This document shows positions 12,556 through 24,331 of a stretch of DNA of 64,000 nucleotides, piece after piece. This DNA is from Laetmonice hystrix. Lineage: Eukaryota. A program made the position numbers and the translations under genes. The stretch's first letter is position 1. Every line of letters begins with the position of its first letter. The notes beneath the pieces are model-generated. The model searched no databases and was not told where the DNA came from. It worked only from the letters and a program-made list of their open reading frames with translations. The DNA lies in contig OZ249437.1 in assembly GCA_965235115.1 (NCBI GenBank), positions 14,508,001 to 14,572,000 on the forward strand, in the 5' to 3' direction.

Positions 12556-14191
12556 TGTATAACAAAGCACCAATGCTTTCGTCGATCTCTGACTCGCTGA
12601 TCAGACCAGATGTATGAGCATAGGTTCCTACATTATATTTGCCGATACATGGAGAGCCTCTTTCCTTCCAATCGAGATTTGATGATGATGAAAGGTCTGG
12701 AATTTCTCATTTCCCGGTGGAGAAATTCGAAACAGGTGTATCCGGATTGTCTGAATTAGGCGAATAAAGAAATGTGAAGGACATAAGGAAATTCAAGTCT
12801 AGTGTCATCATAACTCAAAGATAGAGAACGGTTAGCAGAATTTGATTTTTTAAAGCACCCCAGTCTGCTACGAATTTTGCAATCCAGGCAGATACAGAGG
12901 ATAGCGTAATATTATGACCAACATGAAGTCGTATGAGGCGTGCACGTTCTCGATCCGGCTAAAATCAGCACAACTTGATGCCGTGACGTCAACAAAGAGA
13001 AACGAGGCTATATTGGTTGTATTGTTTCTGGGCGGCATTGTGTTATTTAACCGGTATTATCTGCCCTTTGGTGACGTCACTGCCATTCCTCGACTTGTGC
13101 ATCGATGGCGAGCCAACCCACTCTTTACATTATAGAATCTAGCACCAAATGTGCAGTTGGCAAGCCTTACTTTGGTCTCTTGTTTTGGGGCCTGCAATTA
13201 ATATACTGTTTGATAAATTCTGACTATGCTTTTGCTGTTGACAGTACATGACAGTTCAGTGGCCCATATGGGTGGCGTCTGTGCCAATAATGGTTTCCTG
13301 AAGTGCATGGACCTGACAGCTCCTGATGGCTCTGCGTGCTTGTATAACCTAACATACCCAATAAATATTGCCTTCTGTGACCTGGACATGGTCCTGATTG
13401 TGTACGCATTGAAGATGGCTGCATGAAAACATGTAGGCCTAGGTCTACGACGTGAGTCATCAAAGGGGCTTATTTGCGATCTGATGTGTGTGATTATCCG
13501 AATTAATTATTTCCATGGGTTTATCAGAGCGTGCGGAACAAATGAAACTTTTAATGAAATCCAACAGTTACAACTCATGAATGTATTTCTGGAAGTATTC
13601 ATTTCCTTTATAGTTATGAATGTGCAGAGCTGTATCAGTACCCACCGAAGTCCGGGACCTAGCCAGCTTACTGCATGCTAGGCCGCCTGCTGCCAGACCG
13701 ACACTCGTCTGCCACTGCTGCGCGGGATACGCACGAACTATGGCAAAGGTTTCCGCGGGTGTAATCTCCAACAGGTAAAATACCTGTATTGGTCCTTGTG
13801 TCTCAACGTCCTCAGGTTACATCTTGGGGATTAGTAGGAAAGTAAATCCCCCAGTGTTTGGTTGAATCCGGGGTTCCCATCATACAGATTGGCACGAACA
13901 CTTACGTACTCGAAAATTACTCCCTAACGCCGGGATGGGTGTCATGAGGTTCAATTAGCGTTACAGTCAAAGCGGAGGCAGTTGAATTATCACAATTTGT
14001 ATAAAGTCTCTCTGGTTTAGGATAGTTGGACCTTTGTGTGACTTCCTGGTAAAATCCTGGTAAATTTAGGTTAACTCTAACTAAACCCCTCAAAAAAGTT
14101 TGGAAAACTTGTTGTTAGTCACCTATATCTCGGTTCATATCATCCATTCTTATTCACAACGACACCAGATGTTACTAATCACTTGTTCCAG

Positions 14192-14453
14192 GGCCCGGTT
14201 TTTTTGTTTACTTTTCCACCGTGAGCAAGGGTGAGCTGAGCTGAGCAAGGGTGGGCAGAACCTCATGCTCACCGTTTTGCTCACTGTTTTCGTTTTTTGG
14301 GGTGTTTTTCCGCGAGCTTGCTTGCCATGAGCACGCTTCATGGAAAAAGCAACCCCAAAAAAGCACGAAAACGGTGAGAATGAGCTCATGCTCACCCTTG
14401 CTCAGCTCAGCCCACCCTTGCTCACGGTGGAAAAGTAAACAAAAAAACGGGCC
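14192..14453. mobile_element. 262-bp near-perfect hairpin MITE, PIF/Harbinger-like (GGCCCGG termini, CWG flanks)
   Basis: About 60-bp arms GGCCCGGTTTTTTTGTTTACTTTTCCACCGTGAGCAAGGGTGAGCTGAGC match the reverse complement of the right end; flanked by CAG (14189-91) and CTG (14454-56). Confidence 0.88.
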
Positions 14454-14456
14454 CTG

Positions 14457-15407
14457 GGCTCAGTAACTCTGCTGTGAATGCAGGTGGGGGTCTTTAAAAA
14501 ATGTGCCAAATTTGCTATTATCATTCTGTGCTCGACAGAACAACCAACCCTATCTGTAACAACCAGCTCTCTATCAGTGACAACCAGCTCTCTATCAGTA
14601 ACAACCAACCCTATCTGTAACAACCAACTCCCTATCAGTAACAACCAGCTCTCTATCAGTAACAACCAGCTCTCTATCAGTAACAACCAACTCCCTATCA
14701 GTAACAACCAACTCCCTATCAGTAACAACCAACTCCCTATCAGTAACAACCAACTCCCTATCAGTAACAAGAAATAAACAAGACATATTGGCAATTTTCG
14801 GCTTCATTAATAGAACACTTTATTAAGTGAAAAAGCAACAGTCAGGAACAGCTTGAGTATAGCGGGTGAAAGAACCATAAGCAGGCACACCAGCCTGGCA
14901 CGTCCTCATGCTGGTCACCAGCCTGGTTACGTGCTGCTGTGGGATGGCATTCTATTCCTCAACCAGGATTTTTAAGATCTTTCAATAGGATTGCGTAAAT
15001 TTTTCTATATGTCTTGTTTCTGCCTTGTTACTGATAGAGAACTGGTTGTTACTGATAGAGGGTTGGTTGTTCTGTTGAGTACAGATAATAGCAAATTTGG
15101 CAGATTTTGTTTTTGAATAAACAAGGCATATTGGCAATTTTCAATGAATAAAACGTAAAATTGTCAAGATGTCCCGCTTATTTCTTGTTACTGATAGAGC
15201 TGGTTGTTACTGATAGAGAGCTGGTTGTTACTGATAGAGCTGGTTGTTACTGATAGAGAGCTGGTTGTTACTGATAGAGAGTTGGTTGTTACTGATAGAG
15301 AGCTGGTTGTTAGATGGTTGGTTGTTCTCTTGAGCACAGATAATTATGGCAAACTAGACACATTTTTTTAAAGACCCTACCCGCTTTCACAGCAGCGTTA
15401 CTAAGCC
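14457..15407. mobile_element. Foldback-like non-autonomous DNA element: long inverted arms built of 19/21-bp subrepeats, CTG target duplication
   Basis: Left end GGCTCAGTAACTCTGCTGTGAATGCAGGTGGGGGTCTTTAAAAAATGTG matches reverse complement of right end GGCTTAGTAACGCTGCTGTGAAAGCGGGTAGGGTCTTTAAAAAAATGTG. About 11 AACAACCAGCTCTCTATCAGT units lie on the left, inverted units on the right; CTG on both sides. Confidence 0.85.
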
Positions 15408-16039
15408 CTGAAACAGGTGATTATTAACATCGGATGTGGTTGTGAAGAAGAATGAATGAGCTTTCCATTGATATGTGACATGATAATATCCAGGTCACAA
15501 ATAACTGAGATATAACTGACTGACAACAAGTTTCCAAACTTTTTTTAAAATGGCTGAATGATGTGCCGTGATCAGCCAGCAGAAATGTCAAGAAAATTTG
15601 CATAAAATGTAGGTCCAGGTTATCAGTAGGCCTACTTTAAAAGTCTTCTAAGACCAAATATCTAGAAAGACATTTTTCTTCTTTTATGATATTCATATCT
15701 CCCTTATCTTTCCCCCGTACTTCATCTTCATCTCTCGCGGTCGCCCCTGGAGTACCCGCATCATCATCTACTCCATGCGCCACCTGGCGTTTCACGAAGA
15801 CACTACTCTCTCCGCGGAGCGACAATACCAACCCGTCACAACAAAAAGAAAAGACGATTTTTTTCACATAATTATTTTATTGAATGAAGGCGTACGTAGA
15901 GGTCAGTATAGCGAGGATTTCCATCTCGCCTTTTGAGTTTCACAACGCACTTAAAGCTTTTAATAGACGGAGGCTCACAGCGTCTGCCATTCTTAGAATG
16001 GCGTCAGAAAAAATATGATTGAGGACAGAAGCAAATAAT

Positions 16040-16200
16040 TGCGAGGTATGGTATGTGGAAAGCGCCCATTGCATGGTATGCCTTCACAGAACGATACACT
16101 TCACAGATCTGTTAGAATCTCCGTACTGTCATCATCATTATGGTTATTATTATCATTGTTAACTGCATCACACGCCATGAGGTCTGGTTATCCTTTGGTA
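16040..16200 (+). pseudogene. Possible decayed voltage-gated cation channel S1 exon fragment
   Basis: Frameshifted composite LLESPY / IMVIIIIVNCIT / AM resembles Cav/Nav S1 (VESxYFxxFIMxxIxxNCxxLAM); GT donor at 16198. Short and low-complexity. Confidence 0.25.
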
Positions 16201-16808
16201 CGTACATATTCCAACTGTCACAATAATGTAGACTCGTATTTATAAAAGAGCGCCATTCAAATCCAACATAAATATGTACATTCATTCCCTCCTCGGGCCT
16301 CCCTCCGTATTTTCTTCTGTCACAGAAGATGATAGAGAATCCTTATTTTTGATTATGATTAGGCATTAGATCCTCTGGATATATAGATAGGCCCAGCATG
16401 GGTGCCGCGATGCAGGCATGTACTCGTCTCAGCATGAACAATTGGAGAATAAAATACCCAATAAGTATTTCTCATGCCCAAGAGACATCCTTACGTTCAT
16501 CCTTACGGCCTTTCTTCAGACAAGAATAATTACCTCCGCCAACGAAATTGAACGGAGGTTTCTAGATTGTGTCGATCCAATCCTGGCCCAGTCATGATTA
16601 AATCTGCTATCTGCCACCAGAGGGCAGGCCGGGTAGGACACGTCTGGACGGGTGTCCTATATGAGGGGTTGATTATTTCCTTTTGTGATATCAATATTGC
16701 GTTTGAAAACACAAATGTATACATATAAAATAAACACATCACTGTTGACGGCGGGGAGAGGGTTGACTGAACCAAGTGCGGCACTTTTACTGTAACAGCC
16801 GCGCCACT

Positions 16809-16814
16809 TTTATT
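16809..16814 (-). promoter_or_regulatory. Candidate polyadenylation signal (AATAAA on minus) for the lectin-receptor gene
   Basis: TTTATT on plus about 480 nt downstream of the stop codon. Confidence 0.3.
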
Positions 16815-17292
16815 TAGGATCTCAGTGTATAACTACAGGCCCACTTAATGCACAGAAACCAACGGGGGAATGAGCCTGTGAACTAAATAAATTAACTGAT
16901 CATTGCGGGCCCGCGACAGTTTCCCACGCATCGTGTAGCCTACGTTCTCGTATTTCTGACATCGTCTGGGCGGTGGGAGTCCGTTATGAAATCACAGGTT
17001 TTGTCCTCCACCTGGTGGCCAAGAAATGAACTGGTAGTATTAGTTTCACCGATAGTCACCAGACGGCGCATGTGTTGTTTTCACCGCAGTCATCGCTTCC
17101 CATTACACTTGGCTCATCAGCTTAGAGAATCCACAAATTCCATCTCTTCTGATACAAACATTTCAAAGCAGACCAAAGTTGTGCGAAACATCATGAGTTG
17201 GTCCAGTAATCCTTGCAACACGAGAGTTTAATTCGGTGTGGGGGTCCAAGAGACTATATCCCTTTTTTTAGATGTTCCTCCAAAAAGCTTTC

Positions 17293-17587
17293 TTATGAAA
17301 ACTGAGGGCTTTCATATATATGATTTCTGGTGCCGTAATCCTTTTCGTTTGGATTTATAACTTGCCCCTGCGTGCAGTGCTCGCCCCGTTTATCGATGGT
17401 ACCCTCTCGGCTCAAGGTGCCACCTCCGGAGCCATGGTAGGGGGCGGCCGGGTAGCGAGGATCCGAGTATGGCACTCTCCACTGGGGTTGGGCTCGGTCA
17501 GGCACCTCGTCGGCAGCTTCCTTCACATCGACCATCACCTCACCGACATCTGGAGACCCACAGGCGGCTGATTCATGGCGTTGTTTC
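17293..17587 (-). CDS. Lectin-receptor gene exon 7: cytoplasmic tail (RKQRHESAACGSPDVGEVMVDV...DYGTRNHIYESPQFS*)
   Basis: Acceptor TTGTTAACAG|G at 17588; phase 2 joins the TM exon (CG+G=Arg); open to TAA at 17293. Confidence 0.88.
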
Positions 17588-18079
17588 CTGTTAACAACGA
17601 CAAGCTGTATGTATGATGTCTGACAGGTGGTGCATACTGAACACTCAGTAGATGGGGGGGGGGGTCGGGTAGCATGATTATACTGGGTGGGTGGGCCCTA
17701 TAGCAGTCTGTGAAATGTTTGGCTGTAATATTACTAGTAGTAAGCAGGATTATATTGAGCAGGTCAGATTTGTTGCTGCATATTTTCATAAATTTAATAA
17801 GCATACAACTCAAAATTCGGAACTTTATCCTCTTTATAATCTTTTTATATCGTCGACATGACACTGGGCGACCACCTGTTGTATTATTGCCTGTAGATTT
17901 CTGGAAACCTCTTCTGACATCATTAGACGTCATCAACATGATTTCATCCCAATCAGATATTTTCGAAATATGGCGAAGAAAGCCAATTACGGAGGAGGGA
18001 GTTATTATTACATACATTTATGTACACAGTCGTTTTTTCAGTGTTGACTTTATCATGATAACTACAAAACTGGTTTACA

Positions 18080-18082
<3 letters not shown>

Positions 18083-18137
<55 letters not shown>
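18083..18137. repeat. (GA)n microsatellite in intron 6
   Basis: Direct reading. Confidence 0.95.
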
Positions 18138-18141
<4 letters not shown>

Positions 18142-18334
18142 CTAGGCCATTATAAAAGCATATCATTCGAGACACAGCAGGCCAATTCCGAATACAATAA
18201 TGAGGTCTCAATACGATCACATATAATCACCACTGCCCACGGAGAAGTAGACAAAAAACGCCTCACAGTAAACGACACGAGAGACTAGACTTGTCAGACA
18301 ACTGGGACTCTCGGATAACCATCTCCTGACTTAC

Positions 18335-18422
18335 CGTTTGATATAAAATATCGCAATAGATAACAATAATCCACCGAAGAAGACTCCCAGCGCGACTCCT
18401 ATAGCCACAACGAGAAGAATGC
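18335..18422 (-). CDS. Exon 6: transmembrane helix (GILLVVAIGVALGVFFGGLLLSIAIFYIKR)
   Basis: Acceptor TTTCCCGCCAG|GC, donor CG|GTAAGT; 88 nt, phase 1 to 2; hydrophobic stretch followed by KR stop-transfer. Confidence 0.92.
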
Positions 18423-18656
18423 CTGGCGGGAAATAACCAATAAAATAATTAAACAAGATATTAAGCTCTCACTATGTGATCATGTGGCCGATCTTCAAAA
18501 AACAGGTCTGCGTTAAAATAGTCTGGAAGAAAGTCCGAGAGACACAGTTAAACACTGAATTAAATCACACCGGAATAATTATTGATCTTGTATGTGTTTT
18601 GATACATCACAGTCCAACTTGTCGTCTCTATGTCGTCTGCTCCGGAGTTTACTCAC

Positions 18657-18710
18657 CGTATGGGAACTCGTCTCCACCACCGAAGAGCTCCACCGCTGAC
18701 CAGCCACCAC
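18657..18710 (-). CDS. Exon 5: juxtamembrane linker (GGGWSAVELFGGGDEFPY)
   Basis: Acceptor TTCTTGTTACAG|GT, donor G|GTGAGT; 54 nt, phase 1-1. Confidence 0.85.
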
Positions 18711-19574
18711 CTGTAACAAGAAATCCGCCTTTTTTTCTTCACCTCAATACTAACACACTTGTGACGCGGACGGAAATTGTCTCAATCTGAAGTCAGGAAA
18801 GACGCCCGATCAGTGCAGCTGCCATGCATGGATAGGCGTTTCCCGACTATGGCGATAGGTGGCGCTTTGTAAATGTTTTACTTGGTCCAGAACAACACTG
18901 AACGTCTCGTGTTCACGTTTTCGACGGGCAATGTTTGAATAAACTCATCAGTCCCCGGATGCTACTTTTTCTCAGGAGAGGGAAGTCTTCATCCCGCGGG
19001 TAAAACTGTACAGCACTCCTCTAAGTGCATTAATTTTGAGAAAATCCCCAAGGATTTCCGAAGGCGTCGCGGAGTTCCTTCCCTTGAGGTTCCGTCTCCC
19101 AGAAGGCCTCTTCATGCTCTATATCAATATTTTGAGTCTGTGTTTTATGTGGTGTGGCAGTGGAGTACATTGTATTATGAAATAACTTCATTGTGGATAA
19201 TTAAGTGGTCTTATCACGCTCACGCCCACGTAGTTGACCTTTGGCTGTTTTCTGCTTTTTTCCGAGCACTGGGTTGTGCACACCAACGCCATCTACTGGA
19301 GAACAGTGGAATTACGAACAAACGGAAAAATGCGTTGATTCACGCTGGTTTGAAAGAACAAGATAGGGTCGACCGACTACCGTTTGATCTGTTTGTGCAG
19401 TAGTTGTTTAAGTAACAAGAAGTTTCTCCAATTTATGGCAATATGGGTATAACATTTGTAACAGTTGGCAGGACAATATTAGAAATTTGGGATTTAAAGC
19501 GGAGGTAAAGATTGGACAAGGGTTATGTATATGTTTTGTGTGAACCTTTCAAGCAGGAAAAAAGAAAAATTAAT

Positions 19575-19630
19575 TCGTATCGGGGGGGGGGGTGCAACCC
19601 CAGTACCCCCCCCCCCTTAAATCCGCCACT
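19575..19630. mobile_element. Right-end fragment of a small G/C-tract MITE; second copy at 29575-29670
   Basis: GGG(T)TGCAAC(C/T)CCAGTA..poly-C..AAATCCG..ACTG shared between the two sites. Confidence 0.45.
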
Positions 19631-20341
19631 GAACGAGTAGTTGGTGTTTTGCGCAAGGAAGATGATCGGAGCGTGAAAACTAACACATACACACAGCTCG
19701 ATCTGATGTCGATCTGATGTTCGTGTACACCTTCGCTAATAGTACGAATTCAATCCTATAAACATAATGACATTATCTGCAGCATGTTTACCAGCAGTCA
19801 GGTGGTCATTTCATACGTATATAGGGGTATTATTATTTTGGTAGGTATTCTTACCTCCGATTTAATGGAATCCGACCGTGTTATGATGTGCATAGATAGT
19901 TAAACGACGCGTTTCTTTGAGAGAACTCTGCCGTTCACCTTTAGAAACACTAATCTACATCTGTTCACCTTTAGAAACACTAATCTACATCTAATGTTTT
20001 CGACCCTTCCTTTCGTTTAACACTTACAGGCAGCAGAACGCTGAACTAATATACTATATAATTATTAGTCCGAGGGTTTACAGAATCTGACGGTTTCTGC
20101 ATTATTGTTATAATAGGCATTCAGCATTACATTCGTCTTTACAATAATATTGTAATCTATAGAGGCGGAGTTATCCGTTATCTTTAACAATGAAATTTCA
20201 TCCGAAATAGACCTAGATGCTGCATGGAAATGTCCACCGCTAATGAACGATCATTCTGTGTCGTTAAATGGCATTTTCTAATGTAAGGAATCTTTGTTTG
20301 CCAAATTACATTCAAACGTATGTACAATGAAGGAGAAAATC

Positions 20342-20342
<1 letters not shown>

Positions 20343-20402
<60 letters not shown>
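20343..20402. repeat. (ATA)n microsatellite
   Basis: Direct reading; source of the poly-Tyr ORF artefact. Confidence 0.95.
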
Positions 20403-20823
20403 TTGAAATATGATTGTCTGTGTATTAAAAAGGATGAAAAGCATAGCGAATTTACTGAATTTACATTTTTATTAAAACCGATATTTTACAATAAAGAGAC
20501 ACCTAAAGTAGGTCCACCAACCAACCCAACAATACAACTAGAATTTTAATTGTAGTCATAATGTTAATAAATGCAGTTCTATATGCACGTGTTTTATTTA
20601 CATTCCGATATTGTGATGCCCTTTTCCCAGATCTGCCACCCTGCATGGCCAGCCTAAAGATTCATAAACATTAGAGCTACGACATAGATGGCAATTGTAC
20701 TTTCAAATTTGTGGGTGGTGGTGGTGGGGATGTATTTCACTTGCTTCTTTAAATACAACGACTAAAAAATGAAGACCGGCTTCCCGTATATATATGGTTA
20801 GAAGTCAGGAAGCTGGGACGTAC

Positions 20824-20973
20824 CTGAGCAGTTCCCCACGCTGCCGATCCAGCGCGTCCCCTCACAGGTCAGGTACCAGGTCTCCTCCGTGTAGTTACAC
20901 CGTACAATGGCCGTCTCTCCCTCCCGGGTCACGTAACCGTGGCGCGGCGCACGCACGTCAACGCATCCCACAG
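20824..20973 (-). CDS. Exon 4: compact four-Cys Sushi/CCP-like domain (VGCVDVRAPRHGYVTREGETAIVRCNYTEETWYLTCEGTRWIGSVGNCS)
   Basis: Acceptor CTTTACTTCACGCAG|CT, donor G|GTACGT; 150 nt, phase 1-1; C..P..G......C......C....W......C pattern. Missed by the ORF track. Confidence 0.9.
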
Positions 20974-23271
20974 CTGCGTGAAGTAAAGTAACGCATTAAT
21001 AAACCTGTGTACACGCAGCCGACTGATAGAGGGGAGTGTGGGGGTAATTCTGACAAACATGGGAAGAACGTCATGACTCAGAGATCCGGTCGTGCCCTCT
21101 TTACAGCTGTCATTGTCTTGGTAATAGATTAATATTTATAGACAAAAAAATACTGACGACTCGACCTTATTTTGTTGCCCCCATTTCCTCACGTGTTACG
21201 TTATAACTATGGTAAATAGTCCCCAGCCTCATTACCGACACAATTTTCTAGTGTAAGCTATATGGGTTACCATTATGTACGTAACATGTTAATGGGTCGA
21301 CCTCATAACTAGTAACGGAAAGAAAATTCCGTGTTAAATAGTCGCTTTGACGTCATAACTCAGCGCCGACGTTTATTAAACGTTTAGGAGCGTTATGATA
21401 TTTTATTAAACGTTTAGGAGCGTTATGATATATGAATAAAAACGTTTCCATGACGTTTTGCGTGAGCTGGGGATTTTGTTTCTCTTCTTCATCTTTAAAT
21501 TCAATATCAACCGGTGGGGACCAAACAAGCAGGTATGAATCAAATCGAAGCTCCCCAGCCCCGGGGTTCACAGACGTTTTCAGCCGCTGTCTCAGGCTTG
21601 TCGTGTGTGGGCTGGTGGCCCGCGGTGGAAGCCGTGTTACAACACGGGCGCCTGATTCTTTCTGACGGACGCCGTATTTCCTGTCAGGATGCCGGGAACT
21701 GGGCCACGTGGATGACACGTTACTATTTTATGAATAATGATATTCGTCCCTAGGGTGCCACGATTGGGTCACAAAGGGAAACAGCGCAAGTCATGGTGCA
21801 TTATCTTCGTTTAGAGTGAGGAGAGAGATGGGCGAGGTAGGCTGGCATCAGGCAGCAGCTGCAATATGACATATTGAAACACTGGCGACTTGAGGAGCTG
21901 GGAGTAGGTATAGATGTGCAGCCAGGACCAGCAGCACTGTAACTCACTGATCTATTATTCGATAGGAACAGGGTAAGCGGACCGTGTACCGTGCAAGGCC
22001 AGACCGACCTTCTGACACGCAAACCGATCTCACCGATACACGCGACGGGGGGTAAACAACCACTGCCAACAGACATAGGTCACTGGTGGGAGCAGATCTC
22101 CCGCGATCCGGCAATAACCCCCCCTTCCCCACCCCCCCCCCCCCCACCCCCACTCGATCCCCTCCATGCCCCACTCATAATCCCAACTCCGTCCAAAAAA
22201 ACCCGCGTTGAAAGAAGACACCACCCCGCTGAATATTTATCAATACTTGGATTAGTGAGGACCACAGCGGGGGATACGAACGGTAATACGAGGATGAGGT
22301 GACAAGACTGACCGGCTTGACCACCAAGCCTGTCAGTCAATGTAACCCGATCAGAGATAAGCTTGTGAAAAGCGCTTATGGTGTCATCGGTCATAGAGAG
22401 GACGCGGGAAGGTGGCACAGTTAATAAATCAAGCTCAGACTGGAGGCTGGGTCCCGGGCGGTGTTTGTCACCTGGGCCTTCCTCCTGGGCCTGTCACCTG
22501 GGCCTTCCCTCTTGGGGCTGGCCTGGCGCAATCGATTACTGGAGGTGTGACAACACTAGCCATTATGATCGCCGGGCCCCTATGGCCGTCATATAAATGA
22601 CTGTGGGAGGTTGCGCCTTAACGAAGTGCACCTGAGCTTGTGGACCACAGGTGTGGATGGGGAAAGCGGACACCGCGTGGCAAAGGTTCCCCATTGTCCG
22701 GCTGCCAAGACGTTGCCAACTCCGAACACGTTTGTCGTACACAGGCCGGGGGTGTTGAGGGGGATTAGGAGTGGTGGCAGTCTGGGAATGTTTTTCTTGG
22801 AGGATCTAGGAATGAGGACGGCCAACTGAAGCAACTGTGGCGTCGGAAAGGCACGGGAAGGATGACCCCCATATCCAACACCAACACCTTCATGGCTTCC
22901 CATCACGGCCACCAATCATAAATGTCCATCATGGCTGCCCATCATAGCCACTAAGGCCGGGGTGCCAATACCTCACGTGTCGATATAGCTATAGGGTCGC
23001 GGATCCATTATGAACGAGCAAGGCCAGATGTGAGGCCGGTCAATGCTTGGTTGTTTCTATGGTCCAGCCGGTGGTATAGAAACCCTCGGGGCCATCTATA
23101 ACCACAGAGCATTATTCCCTTGTCTTTAAAATCCCTCTTCAGCTATAGACTTAGATCGCTGTGTACAACCTATACAACGTGTACAGGGCCAGACGCAAGG
23201 GGCGCGATTATACAAATGCCTTAGAAAGGGGGCAAACCCCCTTCTCCCCCTCCCCCGCAATTCTTTGTTAA

Positions 23272-23801
23272 AGGGGCATATTATGAGGAAACGTGAAAAA
23301 TATGTATTTCAAAGAACTTTTGCTGTTTTCATAAAGAGATCCTTCATTAAAATTGCTTGGTAAACAAAGACAGACTTATCAGTTTCATTTTGCACGAGAA
23401 ATCGAAGTTTATGAAGCTCCCTTGCCCGCTTCTCTGCCGATTTCGTAAAATATTTTTTGGGTGGCAATGTGATTCCAGACGATCGAGTGCCACTGCTGAA
23501 TTGTTTACAACTAAGCAAAGCACCTGACTAAGCACATGCAGAGAGTGCACACGCAGGATGTGACGCAGTATGCAATTACACGGGTTGATAGGGGGTTGTC
23601 CGCCAAATTATAGCGGGAGATGTGCCACCGGGAGAAATCTATAGGTTTGGTCGTATAGAACCTACTTGTGCTGCATACGCAGCGAAAACACGTCGGAGGA
23701 CAAAATGCTGTGGTAGGATTATTTACTTGGATCCCTATAGTACACGGTCATATTGGTTAATTGCCGGAAATCCTCCGAAACGTGTTCCATAGCATGCCCC
23801 T
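23272..23801 (-). mobile_element. TTAA-flanked non-autonomous DNA transposon, Kolobok-like, copy 1
   Basis: TTAA|AGGGGCAT ... ATGCCCCT|TTAG; collinear reverse complement of 63063-63601. RR termini with TTAA fit Kolobok better than piggyBac. Confidence 0.85.
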
Positions 23802-23926
23802 TTAGTTCTGAATGAATCTCTGGAACAATACGTGAGACCTGGTTAGAGTTTCGACTGATTGTAGCTATATTTTACAAACCTCGTCTAATTTTTCCAGTAT
23901 AGGCCTACTAATGGCTCCATGCTCAC

Positions 23927-24331
23927 CTTCAAATTTCAACAGAAACTGTCCAATAGTGCGTAGAATGGTTCCGTCGACGAACCGTACCTCCAGCCTGCTC
24001 GACCGTGAGATATACACAGCCTTGGTCCGGGAATCCGTCCCGCATGTTAGTATATTCTTGCGGTGGTTTCCGTCCCGAATAGTAGCGATCTCGTAGCAGA
24101 CGGACGGGTCTGATTGGAGGAGACTTGAAGACGATGAGTCGGGTCGGGTGAAGCGCGCGAAGTTGTACAGGGTGAAGTTTACTCGTTGTCCGCGTGGAAC
24201 GTTTAAAACCCAAGGACAAGGCGAGCTACCGTAACCAAAGTCTTCGGACATCCTTGACGCCAGGAATCCGTTTACTGACGGTACCGTGATGTGACCCGAC
24301 TTGGAACACTCGTGTTTCTCGTCTACCGATA
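23927..24331 (-). CDS. Exon 3: CUB-like domain (VSVDEKHECSKSGHITVPSVNGFLASRMSEDFGYGSSPCPWVLNVPRGQRVNFTLYNF...CYEIATIRDG...TCG...SRSSRLEVRF...FLLKFE)
   Basis: Acceptor TTTTACAG|TA, donor G|GTGAGC; 405 nt, phase 1-1; CPW, V..GQRVNFT, C..I.DG, CG, S.RL.VRF and FLL.F match CUB hallmarks. Confidence 0.92.

Noticed and set aside
14402-14807. ORFs with SNNQLPI / LLLIGSW / VVTDREL repeats
   Set aside because: Translations of the 21-bp subrepeats of the foldback element.
18851-18866. CTCF-like motifs (GGCGATAGGTGGCGCT; also TGCTGCCATCTGGCGCC at 63806-63822)
   Set aside because: Short motif matches are expected by chance without a PWM score or binding data.
20184-20444. Poly-Tyr ORF, and the RE-repeat ORFs at 54420-54766
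   Set aside because: Microsatellite translation artefacts.
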